A stretch of 64,000 nt of DNA from an uncultured Bacteroidia bacterium (lineage in GTDB: Bacteria; Bacteroidota; Bacteroidia; Bacteroidales; UBA932). Shown here piece by piece: positions 8,806 through 18,693 of the stretch. Every line of letters starts with the position of its first letter. Within the stretch, counting starts at the first letter, position 1. The translations under genes and the position numbers were made by a program. The stretch spans positions 9-64,008 of the forward strand of contig CADAXR010000002.1 in NCBI GenBank assembly GCA_902791945.1. The letters run 5' to 3'. The notes beneath the pieces are model-generated. The model saw only the letters and a list, made by a program, of their open reading frames with translations. It ran no database searches and had not been told where the DNA came from.

Positions 8806-10449
8806 CTAAAAACCAATTCTCCTCCTACTGGTTCCGTTTCCTATAACCTCTTCAGAACAATAAGCGAGAATATCGTTAAAACCAGGCTCTGTTGAGTCGA
8901 TGATGGATTGAATCTCTCTTTTTCGGACAATGTTTTCGATCTGTCCTCCAGAAAAGTCGAAATCGTTGGCCAGAATCTTGACTTCAGCTTCTGAAAGGCT
9001 GGGCAGCATGGCCCTCCAGATGGATGCCCGGGCTTCTCTGGAAGGCTTTTCGAAGCATATCTTATAAAGGAATCGTCTCTCAAATGCCTTATCCAGATTG
9101 GTGGTCAAATTCGTGGTTGCAATGAGGATTCCGTCAAGGTCTTCCATCTCCTGCAGTATAATATTCTGGATGGAATTCTCCATCTTGTCAACAGCCTCTT
9201 CGGCTCCTTCCCGACGAATGCCGAAAATGGCGTCCGCCTCATTGAAAAGAAGAATTGGAATAGGTCCTCCGCCTTTTACGGCCTCACGGTATTTCTCGAA
9301 AACCTTCTTGATGTTCTTCTCACTTTCGCCAACCCAGCAACTCTTTATTTGAGAGACATCGACAATGTAGAGGTCCCTGCCACTTTCCCTGGCAATCTGG
9401 TATACCGTCTCGGTTTTGCCGGTACCAGGTCCGCCGTAGAATAAGCAGGAGAAACCAGTCCGAAGACCCTTATTCTTCATCTTCTCTCGGATTTCATTGA
9501 GGCGTTTTTCACTCATGAGCTCTTTCAGTTGTGCAACTTGCCGTTCTTCAGCCTGATTATAAAAAAGAGACTTTTCCGTGATATCTGTCGCTACAACTTT
9601 TTTTGAAGCAGATATTTTCTGGTCCTGTTTCTTGATGCCGCCCACATCGGCAAATATCTCTTCTTTCACATCGTCATTTAATTTGAAATAATCGCGTTCC
9701 ATAAAACTGTTCCTGCCGGCATATTCAAGGATTCCATCCTTTTGAAGTTTGAGGCGCTCCAGTTTATAGTCTGACCGGAGTCGGGCGAGGTCTTCATCAG
9801 AGAAATAATCTTCAAAATCGTGCCATCCAACCTTATCATCATCTTCGAAATAATATCGATAGATCATTCCATAGAGAACCGCTGTTTCCTTGGTAAGAAG
9901 CTCTTTGCTTATTCTTGTAATGGCCTTGGAAACGCTATTCTTGGGGTTTAACTCCATTAAATTGTTAAGGTCATCAACCATCTCACTAGTTGTGCATTGC
10001 TCTTCTTCCAACAAGTCAAGCCCCTTCTTTATGCGGACTAAAAGTGCCATTGCATCCAGACCTGTTGTCGGTTCTGGCTCCAGAGGCTTATTGTCGATTA
10101 GGGCGTTTAAAACCCTGCGAGGTATTGTTATTTCCCTTTTCTTGTCGATTCTGATATAGCCTATTGCCCGTAGGTCTTCCAGTTCCTTATTATAGCTTAG
10201 ATACTTAAGAAAACTAATTCCGAGAGACATAGCAAGCGCCTGTCCTGAAACTGAAGACGAAGATGTCTTGCGGGTAATTGCAGTAAGGAGCACCGTTTGT
10301 ATAGGGGAAAGTCCAAGCTCTTTCCCTAGGATGTCAATATCTGGAGCAGCCTTTTCCATAAGGTCAAAAGACATTCCGCTCCTCTGGTTCTCTTCGTCGT
10401 GCATTTTGTCTACAATGCTGCACATCCTGTCAATAATCGTCATTTCCAT
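8806..10449 (-). CDS. AAA+ ATPase (classic AAA family) with a long N-terminal non-ATPase region
   Basis: 547 aa. Walker A is FYGGPGTGKTE, Walker B is ILLFNEADAIF, and a second region of homology is ATTNLTTNLDKAFERRF. Confidence 0.8.
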   Translation of the reverse strand: MEMTIIDRMCSIVDKMHDEENQRSGMSFDLMEKAAPDIDILGKELGLSPIQTVLLTAITRKTSSSSVSGQALAMSLGISFLKYLSYNKELEDLRAIGYIRIDKKREITIPRRVLNALIDNKPLEPEPTTGLDAMALLVRIKKGLDLLEEEQCTTSEMVDDLNNLMELNPKNSVSKAITRISKELLTKETAVLYGMIYRYYFEDDDKVGWHDFEDYFSDEDLARLRSDYKLERLKLQKDGILEYAGRNSFMERDYFKLNDDVKEEIFADVGGIKKQDQKISASKKVVATDITEKSLFYNQAEERQVAQLKELMSEKRLNEIREKMKNKGLRTGFSCLFYGGPGTGKTETVYQIARESGRDLYIVDVSQIKSCWVGESEKNIKKVFEKYREAVKGGGPIPILLFNEADAIFGIRREGAEEAVDKMENSIQNIILQEMEDLDGILIATTNLTTNLDKAFERRFLYKICFEKPSREARASIWRAMLPSLSEAEVKILANDFDFSGGQIENIVRKREIQSIIDSTEPGFNDILAYCSEEVIGNGTSRRRIGF

Positions 10450-10551
10450 AATTGCTGTGTTTTTCTAGCGACAAAGGTAATTGAGGCTTCGGCAAGATTC
10501 CGACAAATGCACTTTTTCTACATTCTGCCATTATTCTGCCGAAGATATCGC

Positions 10552-10559
10552 TATCTTTG
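10552..10559 (+). promoter_or_regulatory. Candidate Bacteroidetes -7 promoter box (TATCTTTG) for the WYL operon
   Basis: Matches TAnnTTTG, 10 nt upstream of the ATG at 10569. No clear -33 TTTG. Confidence 0.3.
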
Positions 10560-10568
10560 TGGTCAGTT

Positions 10569-11486
10569 ATGGCAAAGAATTACTTCAAATCTTACATCTG
10601 GCTGCTGGAGACGCTCCAGAGCCGCGGGCCTCTTACGCTGGCCCAAATCAGGCAGTTGTGGCGGCGGAGTTCAGTAAATGAACTTGGAAGTGACCTTCCC
10701 GCGCGTACATTCGCGAATCATATAGAAGCAATCTCCGACATCTTCGGTATCGAGATTGTCTGCGACCGCAGGGACAACACCTACAGCATCGTCAACGAAG
10801 AAGATATGGACGGAACCGGTATCCGCTCCTGGATGCTGGATGCCCTCAGTCTCAACTCCCTCCTAAACGAGAGTGCCGGGATGAAGGACAGGATCTTCTT
10901 CGAGAATGTGCCTTCCAGCCATCAGTTCCTGACTACAGTCATCCAATCTATCCGTGACAACCGGAAGCTGAAGGTAAGCTATCAGGGCTACCGGATGGAC
11001 GAGGAACGGACCTTCGAGCTGGAGCCGTACTTTATCAGAGAATTCAAGCGTCGCTGGTATCTCTACGGCCATAAGGACTACGACAAGGACTTCAAGCCGC
11101 ACATGTACGCCCTGGACCGGATGCTGGAGGTAGAGATTCTTCCAGACACCTTCAAGGTCCCGGAAGGCTTAGATGCCAAGGCTTGGTTCCAGTCCCTGTA
11201 CGGCATACGCAAGTACGACGATATGAAGAGCCAGCAGGTCCTCCTGAAGGTCTACGGTAAACAGGTTCGCTACTTCCGCTCCCTGCCTCTGCACAGCAGC
11301 CAGGAAGAGATTGAGACGCACCGCGACCACAGCGTCTTTGCCTACAACCTCGCCCCGGACTATGACTTCAAGCAGGATATCCTCTCTTTTGGGGATTCGA
11401 TTGAGGTCCTGGAACCAAGAGAACTAAGAGTAGAGTTCTCTGAAAGAATCAATAAGATGATAACTAGATATATGAATAATGGCTAA
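10569..11486 (+). CDS. WYL-domain transcriptional regulator (wHTH-WYL-WCX architecture)
   Basis: The N-terminus is HTH-like (YIWLLETLQSRGPLTLAQI) and the WYL motif is RRWYLYGH. Start taken at the ATG (MAKNYF); the track start at 10557 is TTG. Confidence 0.8.
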   Translation: MAKNYFKSYIWLLETLQSRGPLTLAQIRQLWRRSSVNELGSDLPARTFANHIEAISDIFGIEIVCDRRDNTYSIVNEEDMDGTGIRSWMLDALSLNSLLNESAGMKDRIFFENVPSSHQFLTTVIQSIRDNRKLKVSYQGYRMDEERTFELEPYFIREFKRRWYLYGHKDYDKDFKPHMYALDRMLEVEILPDTFKVPEGLDAKAWFQSLYGIRKYDDMKSQQVLLKVYGKQVRYFRSLPLHSSQEEIETHRDHSVFAYNLAPDYDFKQDILSFGDSIEVLEPRELRVEFSERINKMITRYMNNG

Positions 11487-12147
11487 AGAAATTAAGGATA
11501 GAATTGTCGAGGTCCTGGATAGGACATTCAGGGTATTAGACAAGTGTTACGAGTATAACGATGAGAAATCGGGTAAGGCAAACATACAGGCAAGTGGCAG
11601 CCGCATCATTTTCCCTTGTTATAGCAAAACCTACCGCAACGGTGAGCGTCGCATCAGCGAACAAGAGCTGAGGTTCGTGTTCATTGAACAGTTTAACCAA
11701 TACTGCGAAGAGACAGGCTGGGATGCATACTATTCTGTCGAGACTCCTACGGAATGGGAATACCGTTTTTCAGGAGAGGAGAAGCCTCACAAAACTGATA
11801 GTGATGAAGGTCAATCTGCAATGGTAGATGTGTGTGTCCATGACAATCAGGGAGAACGGATTTGCCTTCTCGAATTCAAGGCTGGAAATCCTGAACCATT
11901 CTGTTATATCAAGGACCTTGTTAAACTAACGGAAGAAGGTAAACTGGGTTTCTTTGTTCAGCTTCTGAAAAGCCAGAATAAAGCCACCTGGGAAAGCATC
12001 AAGGGGAAGATTAGTGCCGACCTTAAAGGGAACAACTATGTCTGCCATACTTTTGGCCCTCAAAAGTATCATGGGACGCAATATATCTCAAATAGTGAGA
12101 TAATAATTGACGGGTGGGAACGGAGGGAAATATCAATTGATAACTAA
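11479..12147 (+). CDS. PD-(D/E)xK nuclease-fold protein (predicted)
   Basis: 222 aa. The signature is E63 ... D117 (MVDV) ... E132-F-K134 (LLEFK). The start overlaps the WYL stop by 8 nt. Confidence 0.45.
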   Translation: MAKEIKDRIVEVLDRTFRVLDKCYEYNDEKSGKANIQASGSRIIFPCYSKTYRNGERRISEQELRFVFIEQFNQYCEETGWDAYYSVETPTEWEYRFSGEEKPHKTDSDEGQSAMVDVCVHDNQGERICLLEFKAGNPEPFCYIKDLVKLTEEGKLGFFVQLLKSQNKATWESIKGKISADLKGNNYVCHTFGPQKYHGTQYISNSEIIIDGWERREISIDN

Positions 12148-12160
12148 TACACTTATAATT

Positions 12161-12892
12161 ATGGCACAAATTGGATATGGATATGGTAGTGAGTTCCAGC
12201 TTCTTAGATTCCTGGGACATCATCGGCATGAGTTTGAAGAAATAATCTCCAAACAAATTGGGGGAGGTGTCTTTGAATGGGAGGACTTTGAATTTGCAAA
12301 TCCGAAAAATGTTATTTCCGAGGATAAGGAAATAACAGGTCTGGAGTTCTTAAAAAGATTGTATCCCTCGCAATATGAGTCTATTGAAGCTGAGTACAAA
12401 AAATACATTAGAAAGAAGGACTGGCAGAACTGGGATGCAGTATTCACTCAAAATGGAACTCTTTTCTTAGTAGAAGCGAAGGCTCATATCAGTGAATTGT
12501 CATCAGGGAAAGAAGAGCATGGTGATAGCTCAAAGGAATCCATCCTTGACTATTTTAAAGCTCAGTTGCCAAGCCTTCCTGTTAACAGAGTATGGCTTCA
12601 AGATTATTATCAACTAGCTAATAGACTTGCGACGGCAGCTTTGTTGAACAAACATGGTATAAAAACCAAAGTGCTGTACATATACTTCGTAAATGGCTAT
12701 CGAAAGCGCGTCCTAGAGAAGAAGGGTCGAGCCGAAATACTATTTGAAACGGTGAATCTCAATGCATCAGAAGTAGATTTTAGGGCTGCAATCGCAGAAG
12801 AGATGCAAACACTCGGAATCACTCATGACGAAGTTTCTGATTTGTTGGCTCCTCCAGTATTTGTAAATGCGGAACCTGTTGCATATAAGTAA
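12161..12892 (+). CDS. Second PD-(D/E)xK-like protein (predicted)
   Basis: 243 aa from ATG 12161 (MAQIGYGYGSEF). It has GSEFQLL, then D92 (WDAVF) and E105-A-K107 (LVEAK). Confidence 0.4.
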   Translation: MAQIGYGYGSEFQLLRFLGHHRHEFEEIISKQIGGGVFEWEDFEFANPKNVISEDKEITGLEFLKRLYPSQYESIEAEYKKYIRKKDWQNWDAVFTQNGTLFLVEAKAHISELSSGKEEHGDSSKESILDYFKAQLPSLPVNRVWLQDYYQLANRLATAALLNKHGIKTKVLYIYFVNGYRKRVLEKKGRAEILFETVNLNASEVDFRAAIAEEMQTLGITHDEVSDLLAPPVFVNAEPVAYK

Positions 12893-13439
12893 TAAACCAG
12901 TTTATGCGTTCTCCGACACCCACGGCAACCATCGCCGCCTGAAGGTGCCGGTGGATGCAGAGATTATTATCTGTGCCGGTGATGCTGTGGAGGATGATCT
13001 TAAGGGCAGCGAGTATGACGATTTCATCTCTTGGTTCGGGGCGCTTCCAGCCAAATGGAAACTCTTTGTCCCCGGTAATCACGAATTATCTTTCAGCAGA
13101 AACCGATATAAAACAATCGTAGAGCAGTTTGAGGCGGCCGGCATCATAGTCCTTCAAGATGCAGTAGAGGACTGCGGCGGAGTTGTCATCGGCTCAATTT
13201 CCAAAGACGCCAGGATTGCCGATGAAGACATCCCGAATGACATCGACATACTGGTTACGCACTGGCCTCCTTACGGCATTCTGGACAATGAGCTGGGTTC
13301 TCTGGACATTCTGAACTTCGTCCTGAAGGCCCAGCCCAAGTGGCATCTCTTCGGCCACATCCACGAAACTGAAGGGCAGCAATTCCAGCTGGGCAGAACA
13401 ATCTGCCAAAATATTTCCGTTTTTAACGCTATTTCTTAG
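12867..13439 (+). CDS. Calcineurin-like metallophosphoesterase
   Basis: 190 aa. Motifs are SDTHGNH, AGDAVED, PGNHE, VTHWPP and FGHIHE. It overlaps the upstream gene by 26 nt. Confidence 0.8.
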   Translation: MRNLLHISNKPVYAFSDTHGNHRRLKVPVDAEIIICAGDAVEDDLKGSEYDDFISWFGALPAKWKLFVPGNHELSFSRNRYKTIVEQFEAAGIIVLQDAVEDCGGVVIGSISKDARIADEDIPNDIDILVTHWPPYGILDNELGSLDILNFVLKAQPKWHLFGHIHETEGQQFQLGRTICQNISVFNAIS

Positions 13440-13493
13440 CATCTGCCGAATTTCTGCCGAAGGTCCGGTTATTTTTGCCGAAAAAAGTTAGAA

Positions 13494-13955
13494 ATGGCAG
13501 AAATAATCAATCAGATCCCCGGTTACGAAAAAGGTCGTCTCCAGCGCATTACCGCTACTGACGAAGTGAGCGAATCCTTCATCGTCGCCCAGATGGCCGC
13601 CGACCTGCGCAAGAAGTGGAATACCTCCGTCCTTTGCATCTCCCTGGACGGCCATAAGGAAGCTATCGAATCCCTGATACCTCAGGAGAATGCGGTCGGC
13701 AGGATTTATGTCCTTGACCAGAAGAATCCCGAATTTGATGTGGTCTATCGCAAGGCTACAGGCATCATCAACCGCCGCTTCGTTCGCGCCCTCATCATCA
13801 GTGGCGCAGAGCGCCTCGCCACCAGAACCTTCAAAGACAAGCCGGAGAAGGGTCGGGAGTGGATTGACAATCGTCTGAGCGGCCTCTCGGGAGGCATTGG
13901 TCTTCCCGTCATCCTCGTGGAAGTCCACGAAGAATCAGTTGAACTACAATCCTAA
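13494..13955 (+). CDS. Hypothetical protein
   Basis: 153-aa ORF on the same strand as its neighbours. No motif recognised. Confidence 0.4.
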   Translation: MAEIINQIPGYEKGRLQRITATDEVSESFIVAQMAADLRKKWNTSVLCISLDGHKEAIESLIPQENAVGRIYVLDQKNPEFDVVYRKATGIINRRFVRALIISGAERLATRTFKDKPEKGREWIDNRLSGLSGGIGLPVILVEVHEESVELQS

Positions 13956-13969
13956 CAACACATCAAGCA

Positions 13970-14470
13970 ATGAAACGAACAATTCTATTCGTGATGCTGG
14001 CCATTGCTGGCATCCAGGGCTATGCCCAGAACACCAACCCGCTGAACTATAGCGGCCGTATGTATGTCGAAGCTATTGAGATCTACGCTACACCTCGCTA
14101 CATCTCCTATGAGGACCACGCCATCCTTTCACAGCAGATGCGCATCCCTTCTGTCCAGATAACCAAGTGTGAAATGGACTTTGAGAAGGGCACCGTCACT
14201 GTCGATAACAAGGAGATGCGCATCAAGGTCAATGCCACCAAGAAGTACGACACCGATCGTGGCTGGGTTGTGGTCATCTACACGGATCTTGTCGATGAGG
14301 GCGATAAGGCAGAGCTGGTCTGGCCAGAATTCGGCAAACCCTACTTCCAGCAGATTACCAAGGCTGATAATGGAGTCAATATCGCCAGAATGGTCCTCAC
14401 CAGCAAGCCTTATGTTGCCGATGAAGGAGAGGCGTTGATGAACCTGCTGCAGGGGCTCGGGACAATGTAG
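13970..14470 (+). CDS. Secreted protein of unknown function
   Basis: 166 aa with signal peptide MKRTILFVMLAIAGIQGYAQ. Confidence 0.5.
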   Translation: MKRTILFVMLAIAGIQGYAQNTNPLNYSGRMYVEAIEIYATPRYISYEDHAILSQQMRIPSVQITKCEMDFEKGTVTVDNKEMRIKVNATKKYDTDRGWVVVIYTDLVDEGDKAELVWPEFGKPYFQQITKADNGVNIARMVLTSKPYVADEGEALMNLLQGLGTM

Positions 14471-14910
14471 GCCGTTGCCTATGATTCACGTCGGTTGTGA
14501 TACCTACGCCTCTATGATTGTCCGCGCCATTGAAGGCGATGACGCGGACAAAATAAAAATCGTAACTTTGTAATGCGTTGGGCTCGTAATCTGACCACAT
14601 ACTGATTCTCGCACCCGGAGAGATTGATTCGGTCCGCCTGCTGGTTGGCCTCTGAAGGAAGAAAAATCGCAACTTTTAGTATGTGTATTTTGCCCTTCAA
14701 AAAATTGATAATTGTAAGCCAAAAAGCATTATAACTTAGTTTAAATTTGTTATAATTTTATACAATAAATTATTGAATATAATATATTAAATATCAATAG
14801 GTTAGTGTAGAAAATTCCACTCGAAAAGTTTGGAGAGTTCGAGAATTCTTGCGTACCTTTGCCACCGGTACCATAAGGGCGCTCAAGTTCAATTATTAGA
14901 AACAAGTTTT

Positions 14911-15765
14911 ATGAAGAATTATGCATCACTAATTGAGCATCTCAATCTGTTTGATGAGAATCTAACGAAGATGATTGAAAGCAATCGTCTCCTGCATCCC
15001 GAACAACGGGAAGAGTATGCAAACAAAATTGCCGAATGCTTCATCCCTTGTGCTAAGAAGATCTTGGCTGGTTGTTTCTTGGTAAAGAATCTTAAGGGTG
15101 GCGAACAAGTAGTCCGGAAGATTAATCCCACTGTACTGGAGTTGTATTATCATGAAGAAGATCCTGGGCGTTTCAAGGATCCAATCATGTATCACACGAA
15201 TGATCGGAAGTACTATGATTATTATCTTGATGCGAATGGGAAGGAAAAGAGCCATGGACCTCAAAGCCAATCTTTTTTCAAGAAAAGAGGGATTGATGGC
15301 TTGCCTTATTACCCGATAGGTAGTTTAAATCCACACACTTCCGGAATCGATATTACTTTCGAGAACTCTGAAAAGCATTATCGAGCTTCTTGTCTGATTC
15401 GGGAATATGATATCCTTTTTGCCGAAGGAAAAGAGCCTGTTCACATTAAGAACTCTACTGACATTTACGATGATTTGCTTCTTTATGGCATCACTCTGGA
15501 CAATGCCGATTGGATTGATTGGGAGCCGGGTGATTGTCTTGATTCCGTGAGTGACAAGGACTTTAAGGAGAAGCATTCTTGTGGCAGAAGAAATGTCCCA
15601 GATTATATTCCCTCAGATGTGGTAATCGAAGGATGTCCCGTTCTTTGGAAGAAGAATGATCATCCAGACGGAGAGCCTGCTTTTGCGGGGCCTAATAAAA
15701 AAGTCTACAAGAAGTGCCCTTTCAATTGGCAATTCCACAAGGCTGAGATTCCTCCAAAGAAGTAA
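14911..15765 (+). CDS. Hypothetical protein; weak motif-level resemblance to alkyladenine DNA glycosylase (AAG/Mpg) family
   Basis: Start taken at ATG 14911 (MKNYASL). ILAGCFLVK and LELYYHEED recall the LLG..LVK and ETEAY segments of AAG-family enzymes, and CLIREYD recalls the (V)LIRA.EP segment. This is recalled from memory, not searched. Confidence 0.3.
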   Translation: MKNYASLIEHLNLFDENLTKMIESNRLLHPEQREEYANKIAECFIPCAKKILAGCFLVKNLKGGEQVVRKINPTVLELYYHEEDPGRFKDPIMYHTNDRKYYDYYLDANGKEKSHGPQSQSFFKKRGIDGLPYYPIGSLNPHTSGIDITFENSEKHYRASCLIREYDILFAEGKEPVHIKNSTDIYDDLLLYGITLDNADWIDWEPGDCLDSVSDKDFKEKHSCGRRNVPDYIPSDVVIEGCPVLWKKNDHPDGEPAFAGPNKKVYKKCPFNWQFHKAEIPPKK

Positions 15766-15770
15766 TCCCC

Positions 15771-16631
15771 ATGATACCCGAAACACGTAGCAACAGAGTA
15801 TTTTACTCTGCCAAGTGGCCGGAGGCTTGCCCTAAATCGTACCGTTCTGTTACCGGCATCCTGGACAAATATGGCGTTCCGCATGCTGCTTTAAGTAGCA
15901 CCAAGGACATCTGGGTCCGTGATTTCATGCCCATTCAAGTGTCTCCTGGGTGGTTCAAGTTCTATCACTACATGCCGGATTACCTCAGGGAGGATAAACA
16001 ATACGAACGGCGGATCAGTGATCCTGCAGAAGTGTGCCGGGCTAATGGAATCCACGCGGACGATGGAATCAGCGGAATTTGCATCGATGGAGGAAATGTT
16101 GTTCACGGTGGCCTGAAGGTTATCATGACGGCAAAGGTGTTCGAGGAGAATCCGAAGACAACAGTGCATGACCTCTCCCGTCTCCTGGAGATGCATTTCG
16201 GCGCCAGTCTTATCATCCTTCCCTGGGACACAAACGAGATGTATGGCCATGCCGATGGTATCGTACGCTTTGTGGATGATGACACCGTCATAATGACGAA
16301 CTATCACCAGTTCGATCCCAAGATGGCGGCAAGGTTCCGGAACATCCTGAAGGCCCACTTCAAGGTGGTACACGAACTCAACTACAATGTCGAGCATCTC
16401 TCCGAAAACAGCTGGGCCTATATCAACTGGCTCCAGACAGACAAAGTCATTATCCTTCCGTCCTTCGGCATACCAGAGGACGAGCAGGCATTCCGGCAAA
16501 TAGAGCGCTGGATGCCTGAATACCGCGGCCGAATTGAAATGACCGATGCGACAGATTTGATCCAGGGCGGAGGCTGCTTCAATTGCGCCACCTGGACCAT
16601 AGATAACACCAAAACTCAATTAATCCCTTAG
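15771..16631 (+). CDS. Guanidino-group modifying enzyme, PAD_porph/agmatine-deiminase-like
   Basis: 286 aa. Motifs are DIWVRDFMP, IDGGNVV and GHADGIVRF, plus a C-terminal GGGCFNCATW corresponding to the catalytic-Cys motif (GGG.HC.T). Confidence 0.65.
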   Translation: MIPETRSNRVFYSAKWPEACPKSYRSVTGILDKYGVPHAALSSTKDIWVRDFMPIQVSPGWFKFYHYMPDYLREDKQYERRISDPAEVCRANGIHADDGISGICIDGGNVVHGGLKVIMTAKVFEENPKTTVHDLSRLLEMHFGASLIILPWDTNEMYGHADGIVRFVDDDTVIMTNYHQFDPKMAARFRNILKAHFKVVHELNYNVEHLSENSWAYINWLQTDKVIILPSFGIPEDEQAFRQIERWMPEYRGRIEMTDATDLIQGGGCFNCATWTIDNTKTQLIP

Positions 16632-16635
16632 CAAT

Positions 16636-18513
16636 ATGTCAATCGTTATCAATAACAACATGGAAGTCGATGGAATAGTACTCGACTCCACCAACTACGA
16701 ATTCATGCAGGCACTGGCCATCGCTCAGTCCACGGATAAAAACCTCTATCTGACAGGCAAAGCAGGCTCCGGAAAAACCGTCTTCCTCAAATACCTCAAG
16801 AAGGTGTGCAGGAAAGAGATGGTTATCCTCGCTCCTACGGGCGTGGCCGCCATCAATGCCGGAGGCCAAACCATCCACTCTTTCTTCGGCCTGGCACCGT
16901 CCATTTATGTCCCCAACGATAGACGGTTCTCAGACTTCATCAAGGCTGAGGACATCGAAAAGGCCAGCGTCCTGGACAACTATCATTTCAGTGGCGAGAA
17001 AGCGCAGATGATCTGCCACCTGGATATGATCATCATCGACGAGGTCTCCATGGTTCGTGCCGATTTGATGGATGCCATCGATATGCTGCTCCGGATGTAC
17101 CGCCGGAATAACCTCCCATTCGGCGGCGTCCAGATGCTATTCATTGGCGATGCCTTCCAGATTCCTCCTGTAGTCGAGAAAAAAGACAGTGGGCTGCTCT
17201 ATCAGTTCTATCAGAGCGAACACTTCTTCAATGCCCGCGTTCTACGGGCCAATCCGCCACTCTACCTGGAGCTGAAGAAGATCTATCGTCAGAAGGACCA
17301 GGCGTTCATTGAACTGCTCAACCGCGTAAGGGTGAACGATATGCGAATGAAGGACTACCAGCTGCTGAACTCCCGCTACCAGCCGAAATTCCGTCCCGAA
17401 GATAGAGACCGCTATATCTTGCTGGCCACAACCAACAAAAAAGTGCTTGCCTACAACAACAATCGGCTGTTCGAACTACCCGGCGAAGAGAAAGTATACG
17501 TAGCCGATGTCGAAGGCGATTTCTCTCCAAAGGATAGCCCGGCTGAAGTTGAGCTTCACCTAAAAGAGGGCGCACAGGTGATGTTTGTCAAGAACAACTG
17601 GGATAAGGAATATTACAATGGACAAATCGGCCGCATTGCTGCAATGGACAGCCAGCAGATTATTGTTGAAGTTGAGGATGCAGACGGCGATACCAGAATC
17701 ATCAACGTGGCCCGTGAAATCTGGGAAAAGGTGGAATATGTTTGGGACGATGAGGAGGAGTGTGTGAAGGAGACAACCGTCGGTAGTTTCATGCAGTTCC
17801 CGCTCAAACTTGCCTGGGCTATCACGGTCCACAAGAGCCAAGGGCTCACCTTTGAGAAAGTGATAGCCGATATCGGCGATTCCTTTGCGGCCGGTCAGGC
17901 ATACGTCGCCCTCAGTCGATGCACCTCTCTCGAAGGGCTTGTCTTGATCAGTCCTGTCACGCCGATGAGTATCCGCACAGACCGCTACGTCGTTGAATTC
18001 TCCAAAACGGAGAGTCCAGAAGATGACATCATCGAAGAGATATCTTCCGCGGACGAAAACGACCTCCCTAATGTAGAAACGGTTGATGTCCTTGTCAACG
18101 TGTTGCGCTCTCTGGATGAAGAGAGATTCAAATTTGAAACAGACGATAGCGCTTATTCCCTCATTAAGATTCCGGCCGATCTGGATGGTTACTTCGTCGT
18201 TGGCATCACCAACATGTTCTACGACCCGGACGACGTTGATGGATTTGGATCTTTTGAAATCCATCATAAGGAGACAGGAAGGACACTCACGTTCTATTAC
18301 CCGTATCCGGATGAGGATCAAGTAGTGTTCGGAGAGAATATGTACACCTTCATCTCAGAGCCCATCCCCATGAAGGACATCCTGGGTGAAGACTATGTCT
18401 ATGACAAGTCCAAAGAAGATTCTATCACCATAACCATTTGTCACAACCTGAAGGAGAAATATCAGGACATCCACGCCATCTGCAGTATAGCTGAAGCACT
18501 GGGAAAGGAATGA
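16636..18513 (+). CDS. PIF1/RecD-family (SF1B) DNA helicase with ~150-aa C-terminal extension
   Basis: 625 aa. Motifs are GKAGSGKT, ILAPTGVAAINAGGQTIHSFF, IIIDEVSM, FIGDAFQIPPV, TVHKSQGLTF and YVALSRC. Confidence 0.85.
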   Translation: MSIVINNNMEVDGIVLDSTNYEFMQALAIAQSTDKNLYLTGKAGSGKTVFLKYLKKVCRKEMVILAPTGVAAINAGGQTIHSFFGLAPSIYVPNDRRFSDFIKAEDIEKASVLDNYHFSGEKAQMICHLDMIIIDEVSMVRADLMDAIDMLLRMYRRNNLPFGGVQMLFIGDAFQIPPVVEKKDSGLLYQFYQSEHFFNARVLRANPPLYLELKKIYRQKDQAFIELLNRVRVNDMRMKDYQLLNSRYQPKFRPEDRDRYILLATTNKKVLAYNNNRLFELPGEEKVYVADVEGDFSPKDSPAEVELHLKEGAQVMFVKNNWDKEYYNGQIGRIAAMDSQQIIVEVEDADGDTRIINVAREIWEKVEYVWDDEEECVKETTVGSFMQFPLKLAWAITVHKSQGLTFEKVIADIGDSFAAGQAYVALSRCTSLEGLVLISPVTPMSIRTDRYVVEFSKTESPEDDIIEEISSADENDLPNVETVDVLVNVLRSLDEERFKFETDDSAYSLIKIPADLDGYFVVGITNMFYDPDDVDGFGSFEIHHKETGRTLTFYYPYPDEDQVVFGENMYTFISEPIPMKDILGEDYVYDKSKEDSITITICHNLKEKYQDIHAICSIAEALGKE

Positions 18514-18693
18514 TTTGATAGGCCTGGGATAAAGCCGATAAGTTGTTAACATTTCAACACTTTCAACAGGCGCTTTTCAACAAGCATAACTTGCCTATAA
18601 TCAAGGCAGTAAGAACTTATGAAATAGTTCTAAACAATGCTTGGGATTGGCTTTTCCCGGGCCTATATTTGCCCTTGAGAAACACTAAATAAC

